A stretch of 64,000 bases of DNA from Heptranchias perlo (taxonomy: Eukaryota), in assembly GCF_035084215.1 (NCBI RefSeq), contig NW_027139272.1, positions 124,001 through 188,000 on the forward strand, given 5' to 3'. Positions within the stretch are counted from its first letter, which is position 1. Each line of letters starts with the position of its first letter. This document shows positions 9,880-20,756 of this stretch, in pieces. Below the pieces are notes generated by a model, which saw only the letters and a program-made list of their open reading frames with translations, had not been told where the DNA came from and did no database searches. A program made the translations under genes and the position numbers.

Positions 9880-12800
9880 AAAAAAAAACGGATGAGGTCC
9901 TGCAAGCAGAATATTGGGAGATTGGAAATAAATTAAAAAGCAGGACCTCTAAAGTAGTAATCTCAGGATTACTCCCAGTGCCACATGCCAGCGAGAGCAG
10001 AAAATAGGAGAATAGACCAGATGAATGCGTGGCTTGAGAGATGGTGTCGGAGGGAGGGGTTTAAATTCCTGAGGCATTGAGACCGATTCTGGGAAAGGCG
10101 GGACCTGTACAAGATGAAAGGATTGCACCCAAGCAGAACCGGGACCAGTATCCTCGTGGGGACATTTGCGAGTTGTGTTGGGGAGGGTTTAAACTAGTAT
10201 GGTGGGGGATGGGAACCAAAGGGCAGGTACAGATAGGACAAATTCAGACCAGGAAACGCAAAGTAGAAAAGCAGTTAGTGACGTAGTTAGCGACTCAGAA
10301 ATGCAAAAAAGCAAAGGTTAAATAGTGTTCAGCGCAGGAATTTGACGGGGTTAAAGGGTATATACTTCAATTCAAGGAGTATTACAAACAAAGCAGATGA
10401 GCTAAGGGCACAGATAGACACGTGGCAGCATGATATCATTGCTATAATGGAAACCTGGCTTAAAGAGGGGGATAACTGGCAGCTCAATATCCCTGGATAT
10501 AGAGTGTTCAAGCAGGATAGAGTGGGTGATATAAAAGGAGGGGGGTAGCATTATTGGTTAAATAATCAATTAGAGTTGTGAGAAGGGATGATGTGCTAAA
10601 TGGATCATCAATCGAGGCCGTATGGGTTGAGCTAAGGAATAAAAAAGGGGCAGTCACACTACTAGGAGTGTACTCTAGACCCCCGAATAGCGAAAGGGAG
10701 ATAGAAGAACAAATATGTAGGCAAATTTCTGAGTGCAAAAATAAGAGGGCAATAATAGTAGGGGACTTCAACCACCCTAACATCAACTGGGATTCAAACA
10801 GTGTGAGGGGCACAGAGGGCGCAAAATTCTTGATTGGTGTCCAGGAGAACTTTTTTAGCCAGTACGTGACAAGCCCAACAAGAGGGGATGCAATTCTAGA
10901 TTTAGTCCTGGGAAATGAAGATGGGCAAGTGGGTGAAGTGACAGTGGGTGACCATAATGGGGATAGTGACCACAATTCAGTTAGTTTTAGCATTATTATG
11001 GAAAGGGACAGTGTTAAATCAGGAGTAAATGTTTTCAATTGGGGGAAGGCAAATTTTACAGAACTTAGAGGTGATTTGGCAGAAGTGGACTGGACACAAC
11101 TCCTTGAGGAGAAATCAGTGGCAAGCCAGTGGGAGGCACTAAAAAGTGAAATTCTACGGGTACAATGCAGACACGTCCCCTCAAAGAAAAAGGGTGGCAC
11201 TGCCAAATTTAGAGCCCCCTGGTTGTCTAGAAGTATACGGGGCAAGATAAAGCAGAAAAAGAAAGCTTATGACTGTCACAGAAAACTAAATACTGCAGAA
11301 AGCCTGGAGGAGTATAGAAAGTACAGGGATGACGTAAAAAAGGAAATAAGGAAAGCAAAGAGCAGGCATGAAGAAATATTAACGAGTAAGATTAAAGAAA
11401 ACCCAAAGATGTTTTATCAGTACATTAAGAACAAGAGGATAGCTGAGGAAAAGGTGGGACCTATCAGGGATGATAAGGGTAACTTGTGTGTAGAAGCAGA
11501 GAATGTGGGTAGGGTTTTAAATGAATATTTTGTCTTCGTATTCATAAGGGAAAGGGATGATCTGGACGTAGTCGTTAAAGAGGAGAGGTGTGAAATATTG
11601 GATAAAATAAACATAACGAGAGAGGAAGTACTAGAGGGACTGGAATCCTTGAAATTTGATAAGTCACCAGAACCGGATGGATTGTTTCCTGGGCTATTGA
11701 AGGAAGCCAGTGAGGAAATAGCGGATGCTCTGAGGATCATTTTCCAATCCTCACCAGATACAGGGGAGGTACCGGAGGACTGGAAGACAGCAAACGTAGT
11801 ACCGTTGTTTAAAAAGGGTACGAGGGAAAGGCCGAACAATTATAGGCCGGTCAGTCTTACCTCGGTGGTGGGCAAACTATTAGAATCAATACTGAGAGAT
11901 AGGATAAACTGTCACTTGGAAAGGCATGGTTTAATCAGGGATAGTCAGCATGGATTTGTTCAGGGAAGGTCATGCCTTACAAATCTGATTAAACTCTTTG
12001 AGGAAGTGACAAGGAGGATTGATGAGGGGAGTGCAATGGATCCTGTCTACATGGATTTTAGTAAGGCATTTGACAAGGTCCCACATGGCAGACTGGTCAG
12101 AAAGGTAAAAGCCCATGGGATACAGGGAAATGTGGTGAATTGGATCCAAAATTGGCTCAGTAACAGGAAACAAATGGTAAAAGTCGATGGATGTCTTTGA
12201 GAATGGAAATCCGTTTCCAGTGGTGTGTCACAAGGCTCAGTGTTGGGTCCCTTGCTGTTTGTGGTATATATTAATGATTTGGACTTGAATGTAGGGGGCA
12301 TGATTGGCAAATTTATAGACGACAAAAATTGGCCGTGCAGTTGATAGTGAAGAGGATAGCTGTGGACTCCAAGAAGATATCAATGGGTTGGTGGAGTGGG
12401 CGGAAAAGTGGCAAATGGAGTTCAACCTGGAGAAGCGTGAGGTAATGCACTTAGGGAGGGCAAACAGTAAAAGGGAATACGCAGTAAACGGGAATATATT
12501 GAGAGAGGTAGAGGAAGTGAGAGACCTTGGAGTGCATGTGCACAGGTCCCTGAAGGTGGCAGTACAGGTAGATAAGGTTGTGAAGAAGGCATACGGAATG
12601 CCCACCGTTATTAGCAGAGGCATAGAATAATAAATCAGGGATGTAATGATGGAACTGTATAAAATGCTGGTCAGGCCACATCTGGAGTATTGTGCGCAGT
12701 TCTGGTCACCACATTACAGGAAGGACGTAATTGCTCTGGAGAGAGTGCAGAGAAGATTTACAAGAATGTTGCCAGGGCTTGAAAATTGCAGCTCGGAGGA

Positions 12801-13237
12801 GAGATTGGATAGGCTGGGGTTGTTTTCCTTGGAGCAGAGGAGGCTGAGGGGAGACTTGATTGAGGTGTACAAAATTATGAGGGGCCCAGATAGAGTAGAC
12901 AGGAAGTACCTGTTTCCCCTAGCGGAGAGTTCAAGAACTAGAGGACATAGATTTGAGCTGATTGGCGGAAGGATTAGAGGGGACATGAGGAAAAACTCTT
13001 TTACCCAGAGGGTGGTGGGTGTATGGAATTCGCTGCCTGAATTGGTGGTCGAGGCAGGGGCCCTCAACTCTTTTAAAAAGTACCTGGACCTGCATCTAAA
13101 GTGCTGTAAGCTGCAGGGCTACGGACCGGGTGCTGGAAGGTGGGATTAGAATGGGCACCTGGTTGTTCTTCGAGCCGGCACGGACACGATGGGCCGAATA
13201 GCCCCCTTCTGTGCTGTATCTTTTCTATGGTTCTATG
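9880..13237 (+). mobile_element. Near-full-length CR1 LINE (ORF1 SGNH-esterase-like C-terminus plus APE-RT ORF2), pseudogenised
   Basis: ORF1-like KVVISGLLPVP..NAWLERWCRREGF..GLHP. Endonuclease motifs YFNSRSI, IAIMETWL, VGDFNHP, SDHN. RT motifs NYRPVSLTS, QHGF, YMDFSKAFDKV, QGSVLGP. Stops at about 10548, 12198 and 12628 and a frameshifted ADD motif. 3'UTR with CTATG tail. Confidence 0.93.
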
Positions 13238-13802
13238 CCGTTAAAACCGGAAGTGGTCAGTTTGAAGGCGGGTTTTAGATTTTTACAATTTTTACCTTCC
13301 CACCTGCACCCAAACCCACCCGTTCATGGGGTTAAAATCGACCCCTTAGAGTTCACCTTGGCCTTGACATGCTCAGAGACTACAATAAACAGGCAGTGTT
13401 TGACCAGAAATAAATGTCAGTCATGGACACGGATTAACCAGGAGAGAAGCTGCTGTAACAGTAACTTAATCTCTTGCGCTTTTCAACACCACTCGAGTCT
13501 GAAGCTACTTATTGGTGCTTGTGTGCAGCAGGTCTGATAACCAGATCCAGTTAGAATGGAGGGACTTGTTCTGGTCACTGGGTCCCAGGGAGTGGAGTCT
13601 GAGCCTGCATCTTACAGCAGGGGTTCACACTGAGGCCCAGCCCAGTATTAACACCGAACCATCGCATCTGTTTACACCCCCTGTATTTCAATGGTCTATT
13701 CCAGACTCCCACTTTCACCCCTCCCATTCTCTTCTCAATGCACCGACTCTCACTGGCAATGGGACCACAAAGAAAAGAGAGACTCACATTCCTATTGTGA
13801 TT

Positions 13803-13948
13803 TCACCACCTCAGGACCTCCCAAAGAGTTTTACAGACAGTGAAGTATTAGTGAAGTGTAGTCACTGTTTTAATGTAGGAAACACGGCAGCCAATTTGCA
13901 CACAGCAAGATCCCACCAATAGCAACGAGATAATAGCCAGATAATCTC
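13803..13948 (-). mobile_element. SINE 3' tail fragment
   Basis: CCTCAGGAC.TCCCAAAG...GCAGCCAATTTGCACACAG, also present at 14855-14970 and 49285-49412. Confidence 0.65.
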
Positions 13949-14368
13949 CCACCCTCTCCCTGCCCACTCCCTCTCCCTCCACTCTCCCTCCTCATACCCC
14001 TCTCCCTCCCACAATCCCTCTCTGCCTCTCCCACCCTCTCCCTCTCCCTCCCCCTCCCCATCTGCCTTGTCCTCTTCCCTTTCCTCTCCCTCTCTTTGTC
14101 TGACTCCCCCTCTCCCTCCCCATCTCCCCACCTTTACCCTCTCTCTTCACTCACACACCCTCCCGCACCTCTCCCTCTCGCTCCCCTTCTCTGTCCCTTC
14201 CCCATCACCCTCCCTCTCTCCCTCTAGCTCCCCCAGCCTCTCCCTCCCCTCCACTCTCCCTCCCCTCCCCCTCAGCCTCTGCCTCCCACTCTCCCTCCGA
14301 CTCCCCCTCCCCTTCTCCCTCTCCATCTCCCTCCCACTAACCCTCTCCCTCCCTTTCCCCCTCCCCCT
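13948..14368. repeat. CT-rich low-complexity polypyrimidine tract
   Basis: Almost pure C/T on the plus strand. Confidence 0.85.
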
Positions 14369-14989
14369 CAGTTTGAGCATGACGTCCACTGACTGGATTT
14401 GGTGACATTGTTCAATGTTCTGTTATCCTCATGGATTGCTGTTCTGAGGAGCCTCATGTTAAGCGCGACTCGAAGACGGTGCATTGAAAATTAACATAAA
14501 AATCTGTCTGTGAATTTGCTTCGATGCCAATTTATTCTAATTCACCCAGATCAACATCACTGTGAGTATTTTTGCCTCGAGCACCAGTTGATTATTGAAG
14601 AGTCAGCAGCTCATTCTCCCCACAATCGGACACACAGAGTTCACTTTGGCCTTGACCCGCTCAGAGACTATAATAAACGGGCAGTGTTTGCTCAGAAATA
14701 AAAGTCAGTCGTGGGCCTGAGCAACACATCGGACATCGGACAGTCCAAAGTCCATTGTGTTGCTGTGAGGTGAAGGTGGGAACGGGGGGCCAGGCTTCGA
14801 ATCTGCTTCGATTTCAGTGTCACCCTGCTGAAGCAGCACAAGAAGGTTCGGAAAGAACAAAAGATCTTTTTATACATCACCTTTCACAACCTCAGGATGT
14901 CCCAAAGCGCTTCACAGAAAGTGAAGTAATGTGAAAGTGTCATCACTGTTGTAATGTGGGAAACGCCATTCATTATGAGAAGTACTTTC

Positions 14990-15443
14990 ATACTGGGGGC
15001 TGAAAGGGTTAAATTATGAGGACAGGTTGCACAGACTCGGCTTGTATTCCCTTGAGTGCAGAAGATTAACGGGTGCTGTAATTAAGATCATTGAAGGATT
15101 TGATATTGTAGATAGAGAGAAACTATTTCCTCCGGTGGGAGAGTCCAGAACAAGGGGGCGTCACCTTAAAATTAGAGCCAGGCCGTTCAGGGGTGATGTC
15201 AGGAAGCGTTTCTTCACACAAAGGGGAGTGGAAATCTGGAACTCTCTCCCCCAAAATGCTGTTGAGGCTGGGGGTCAATTGAAAATTTCACAACTGAGAT
15301 TTATCGATTTTTGTTAGGTCAGGGTATTATGGGATATGGCACCAAGGCGGGTGGGTGGAGTTAAGATACAGATTGGCCATGATCTAATTGAATGGCGGAA
15401 CAGGATCGAGGGGCTGAATGGCCTCCCCCTGTTCCTATGTTCC
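14990..15443 (+). mobile_element. CR1 LINE 3' fragment
   Basis: [35 protein letters not shown] followed by the 3'UTR. Confidence 0.85.
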
Positions 15444-15639
15444 AATGAGGTGCTTTGACTGTGTACAGCAACTTACAATAAAACAGTGTACTGGGAGACA
15501 CCTCAGAGCACAGAGCAGGAGGAAGGAGACCAAAGAGAGGATTTAAGAGGAGCCAGAATCACGGACAGAAGGGGAGTCAGGAACTGTGTGGAGACAGGAA
15601 GGAACAAGACAGGAATCCTGAGGGAGACTGCTGGAGAAC

Positions 15640-15930
15640 CAGAGAGGTTTAGGGAGGGAATTCCAGAGCTTAGCGTCTAGGCAGCTGAAGGCACGGCCGC
15701 CAATGGTGGAGCGATTAAAATCGGGGCTGCGTTAGAGGCCAGAATTGGAGGAACGCAGAGATCTCGGAGGGCTGGAGGAGGTTACAGGGATAGGGAGGGC
15801 GAGGCCATGGGGGGATTTAAAACAAGGATGAGAATTTTAAAATCGAGGCGTTCCCGGACCGGGGGCCAGTGTAGGTCAGCGAACGCAGGGGGTGATGGGA
15901 GAACGGGACTTGGTGCGAGTTAGAATACGG
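15640..15930 (-). mobile_element. L2-type LINE fragment
   Basis: Reverse complement of the L2 region seen at 54620-54930. Confidence 0.75.
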
Positions 15931-16457
15931 ATTTCAAGCGCTGAATCGAAAGCAAATTCTCGACACTCCTTCCCTCACCAACTCCCTTCTCTCCTCCTCC
16001 TCCTCTCTTGAATCCATTAACCTCTTGCTGGATAGGGTTCCACAGACAGGGGTCACTCTCCAGTATATCGCCCCAGTGACCATTAAACACCTGTGAGCCT
16101 TGACACTAAGCATCAATAGGCTTTTCAACACAGCCTGGCCAGATCCTGGCCCGTCCGATGTCCAGACACGCACAGTTCCAACACTGTTTGATTAAGAGTG
16201 GGGATAACAGTCCCCTCCCTAACCCAGGGGCCCTGAGGCCACATGTAGCGGCCCTACTACCATCACCCCAGTTGGGGTCAGTTTAAAGTGGCTTTTAACC
16301 ACCCAGCACAGAGAGTGTCTAAAACAGTGACTGGTGACCCTCTGTGCACAGTCTCTTTGAGTTACAGTCCAGTCTACCTCCAATCCTGAGATACCAGCCG
16401 AGTCACCCCACTGGCCACAGGTACTGGAGCATCATTCGATTGCTCAAGCCCACTTAC

Positions 16458-16506
16458 TCTTGCTCAGGCGACTATAAAATATGACCCAGAAACTACCGAA
16501 TAGCAT
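16458..16506 (-). CDS. Candidate leader (signal peptide) exon of the class I-like gene
   Basis: ATG CTA TTC GGT AGT TTC TGG GTC ATA TTT TAT AGT CGC CTG AGC AAG A|GTAAGTG: 16 codons plus 1 nt, consensus donor, phase 1 compatible with alpha1. The peptide MLFGSFWVIFYSRLSK is only moderately signal-like. Confidence 0.35.
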
Positions 16507-16529
16507 CCAGAAAATGTGGTGTTCCCTTC

Positions 16530-16992
16530 CCTCCCTGTCACCCGTTCCCCCCACACCCCGTGCTAGCTGACCTACATTGGCTCCCGATCCGGGAACACCT
16601 CGATTTTAAAATTCCTCCATGTGTTCAAATCCCTCCCTGGCCTCGCCCTTCCCTATCCCTGTGACCTCCTCCAACCCTACAACCCTCCGAGATCTCTGCA
16701 CTCCTCCAATTCTGGCCTCTTGCGCATCCCCAATTTTAATCTCTCCACCATTGGCGGCCGTGCCTTCAGCTGCCTCGGCCCTCAGCTCAGGAATTCCCTC
16801 CCTGAACCTCTCCGCCTCTCCACCTCTCTCTCCTCCTTTAAGATGCTCTTTCAAACCTACCTCTTTGACCAAGCTGTCCGAACATCTCCTTACGTGGCTC
16901 AGTGTCAAGTCTTGTTTGATAATCGCTCCTGTGAAGTGCCTTGGGACGTTAAAGGCGCTATATAAATGCAGGTAGTTGTTGTTGTTGTTGTT
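16530..16992 (+). mobile_element. L2-type LINE 3' end
   Basis: LHWLP..FKILL..VFKSL..LLQPYNPPRSLHSS..GGRAFS, ending in GCGCTATATAAATGCAG and a (GTT)n tail. Confidence 0.85.
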
Positions 16993-16993
16993 A

Positions 16994-17690
16994 CAGCGAC
17001 GATGAAAGAACAGCGATATATTTCCAAGTCGGGATGGTGTGTGACTTGGAGGGGAACGTGCAGGTGGTGTTGTTCCCATGTGCCTGCTGCTCTTGTCCTT
17101 CTAGGTGGTAGAGGTCGCGGGTTTGGGAGGTGCTGTCGAAGAAGCCTTGGCGAGTTGCTGCAGTGCATCCTGTGGATGGTACACACTGCAGCCACGGTGC
17201 GCCGGTGGTGAAGGGAGTGAATGTTTAGGGTGGTGGATGGGGTGCCAATCAAGCGGGCTGCTTTGTCCTGGATGGTGTTGAGCTTCTTAAGTGTTGTTGG
17301 AGCTGCACTCATCCAGGCAAGTGGAGAGTATTCCATCACACTCCTGACTTGTGCCTTGTCGATGGTGGAAAGGCTTTGGGGAGTCAGGAGGTGAGTCACT
17401 CACCGCAGAATACCCAGCCTCTGACCTGCTCTTGTAGACACAGTATTTATATGGCTGGTCCAGTTAAGTTTCTGGTCAATGGTGACCCCCAGGATGTTGA
17501 TGGTGGGGGATTCGGTGATGGTAATGCCGTTGAATGTCAAGGGGAGGTGGTTAGACTCTCTCTTGTTGGAGACGGTCATTGCCTGGCACTTGTCTGGTGC
17601 GAATGTTACTTGCCACTTATCAGCCCAAGCCTGGATGTTGTCCAGGTCGAGCTGCACGCGGGCACGGACTGCTTCATTATTTGAGGGGAC
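16994..17690 (-). mobile_element. Non-LTR retrotransposon fragment (CR1/Jockey-group, clade uncertain)
   Basis: DLDNIQAWADKWQVTF..ILGVTID..SLHHRRTVAA; close match to 57280-57975. Confidence 0.85.
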
Positions 17691-18689
17691 TGAGACTACA
17701 AAAACATCACCTGGTGTTTACGATGGTCTCCCACAATATTTCAAGGCCTCCTTATCTCTAGCCTTCCAGGCAGTTCGAATAACACTTTTCCAACGTGGCC
17801 AACCTGCCCAGCATGCCGCCTTGAACACTCAGTTCAAAAGTTCCGATGTTGAATTAATACTTTTAACCAAACTCAGCTCCTTTAGCAGGTAATTAATCCT
17901 TAAAACTGGTATTTAAAAGTCCAAAATCCTTCACTGTAAAGTGCTTTTGGTCACTTCCACGGGGATCTAGTCCTGATACGGACCCTACAGGAGTACTTAG
18001 TGTTGGGGGGCACTGGGGAGCGGAACTGAGGGAGTTCTGATGGATGGTGCCATGTTTACAGTCCCATCTCTTCCAATGATGTCCGCATGGAGTGGGGGTG
18101 GAGGGGACGGGGGGGTGGAAAGGACACAAGAGGTGACCCCTCACACTCTCGGTGAAATTTCCCAACTTTGGGGAAAAAAGGGATGGAGACCTGGAGCAGC
18201 CGGGTCCAGTTCCAGAATCCAGCCCCGATTACATTGCCTCTGCCACCACCCCACTCCCCAAAGGAATTTTGGGCTCAGATTTTGTGAGGAAAGCAGGGAC
18301 TTGAGAGAGGGAGAGGTTGGGGAGGGTGTCCGCCTGGAGAGAGATGGGGGCAGCGGGGCAGCCAAGGATCGTACAGCATAGGAGAGAAAACAGAAGCGGG
18401 AGCAGTCGGGAAAAATCAAATGAGGAGCAGTGTGAGAGACGGAGAGACCAGTAAAGAATGGGGCCCTGGGGTAGAGGTAGGGAGCAGCAGCAGAACGGAG
18501 GCCTGAAGAGGGAGGGAGTGGCAAGCAGATCATGGGCCTAGGAAGGAACTTTTAAATTCAAGTGCCAAGCCAGAAGTCTTGCATTACAGTCTCGTGCAGA
18601 ACCTCAGCGTCCGGGCACCGGGCTTTTTTTAATGGATGAAAGAGACCATTTTTATTTTCCCAACAGTATTCTCCATCTAATTATGTAGG

Positions 18690-20208
18690 AAACTAATTCT
18701 GAATCAGGGACGGGGACTTACCATAATTAACAGTAATGAAGAAAATAATGGCACTAAAGAGTGACAAATCCCCAGGACCAGATGGTTTCCATCCCAGGGT
18801 TTTAAAGGAAGTCGGTGAGAACATTCCAGAAGCCCTAACGAGAATCTTCCAAAGTTCTCTCGATTCAGGAACCGTTCCTTTAGATTGGAAAATTGCACAC
18901 GTCACTCCGCTATTTCAGAAAGGTGAGAGAGAGAAACCAGGGAATTATAGACCAGTTAGCCTAACATCTGTTGTTGGGAAATTACTCGAGTCTATAATTA
19001 AGGATGGAGTGACTGAACACCTCGAGAATTTTCAGCTGATCAGAGAGCCAGCATGGATTTGTAAAGGGTCATGCCTTGAAGAGGTGACTAAAGTAATGGA
19101 TGGGGGAATGTCTATGGATGTTGTTTATATGGACTTCCAGAAGGCAATTGATAAAGTCCCTCATAAGAGACTGTCAGCTAAAGCTGAAGCTCATGGAATT
19201 GAGGGCAAATTATTGACCTGGTTAGGAAGTTGGCTGAGCAGCAGGAGACAGGGAGTAGGGATAATGGGCAGGTACTCAAATAGGCAGGATGTGACTAGTG
19301 GTGTCCCACAGGGATCTGTGTCGGGGCCTCAACTATTCACTGTATTTATGATGACAGAAAGAAAGACAGCATTGTAAGCAGTGTAGATGGAAGCATAAAA
19401 TTACAGAGATATTAATAGATTATGTGAATGGGCAAAACTGTGGCAAATGGATTTCAGTGTAGGCAAATGTGAGGTCATCCACTTTGGACCTAAAAAGGAG
19501 AGATCAGAGTACTTTCTAAATGGTGAAAAGCTGGAAACAGTGAAGGTCCAAAGAGACTTAAGGGCCCCTGTACATAGATCATTAAAATGTTATGGACAGG
19601 TACAGAAAATAATCAAAAAGGCTAATGGGATGCTGGCCTTTATATCTAGAGGACTAGAATACAAGAGGGTAGAAGTTATACAGCTGTACAAAGCCCTGGT
19701 TAGACCACACCTGGAGTACTGTTCTGGGCACCGCACCTTAGGAAGGGAGAGCAGCGTAGATTTACTAGAATGATACCTGGGCTCCAAGGGTTAAATTACG
19801 AGGAGTGATTACACAAACTAGAGTTGTATTCTGTGGAATTTAGAAGATTAAGGGGTGATTTGATCGAAGTTTTCAAGATATTAAGGGGAACTGATCGGGT
19901 AGATTGAGAGAAACTATTTCCGCTGGTTAGGGAGTCCAGGACGAGGGGACACAGTCTAAAAATTAGAGCCAGGACTTTCAGGAGTGACGCAAAGGGCGGT
20001 AGAAGTTTGGAACTCTCTTCCGCAATCGGCAGTTAATGCTCGCTCCATTGGTTTTAAATCTGAGTTTGATAGATTTGTGGTAACCAAAGATATAAAGGGA
20101 TGTGGGGATAAGGCTGGTGTCTGGAGTCAGCTCACAGATCAGCCAGGATCTCAATGAATGGCAGAACAGGCTTGAGAGGCGAAATGGCCGATTCCTGTTC
20201 CTGTGTCC
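18690..20208 (+). mobile_element. CR1 LINE RT-to-3' remnant
   Basis: KSPGPDG, NYRPVSLTS, YMDFQKA, GVPQGSV and LVRPHLEY motifs with deletions, followed by the 3'UTR. Confidence 0.9.
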
Positions 20209-20324
20209 TGTGTCCCTCGGCGATCAGCGCCCCTGGACTGGGGGGGAAGCAGGTTGTGTGGGGAGAGGGGGCACATTAGGAAATTACACATTCCAGTCCA
20301 TGATTTTATGATCGTTAATTGAAA

Positions 20325-20480
20325 TAGATGGAAAGTCACGGGCTGTTGGGGGACAATTCTCTGACACTCAGAAGGGGAAAGACTCCTTGCTGAGCTGTGA
20401 GTTTCAATCACCCACTGATTCCTCTCCAATCAGCCCTGTGGGTCGCACATTTACTTTGTGGGAACTTGTTGATTTTCCTG
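20325..20480 (-). promoter_or_regulatory. Candidate promoter: Y-box CTGATTGG (20433-20426) and near-kB site GTGACTTTCC (20339-20330)
   Basis: Exact MHC Y-box consensus on the class I gene strand, in non-repetitive DNA beside the 57-bp array; motif evidence only. Confidence 0.25.
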
Positions 20481-20756
20481 AAACTAAAAGTATTTTACAG
20501 TTTTCTCTGTAAAAAGAATCTCTGCGTGGAATGGAATTCGAGCTGCTGAAGAACAACCTGGGCCAAGTGACAATTCCTCATGGAAGCCCATCAGTCTCAA
20601 ATGTAACGGGGAATCGATGGGGGAACTGGACACTTCCCGGATAATAATGTCTCTTGATCGGGAACTGGATTCTCTTTTCTCTCCATCCAATTCCACTTGG
20701 ATATTCACGGAAGATCGAGGCATGAAAGCGATCCAGCTTCACAGCGCATCCCGGCT

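Noticed and set aside
10578-12200. 540-aa ORF as an active or domesticated retroelement gene
   Set aside because: Flanked by stops and frameshifts, and the RT catalytic motif region is disrupted
18330-18420. Minus-strand FSRLLPLLFSLLCCTILGCPAA signal-peptide-like stretch
   Set aside because: No in-frame ATG after the upstream stop and no phase-1 donor; hydrophobicity follows from CT-rich composition
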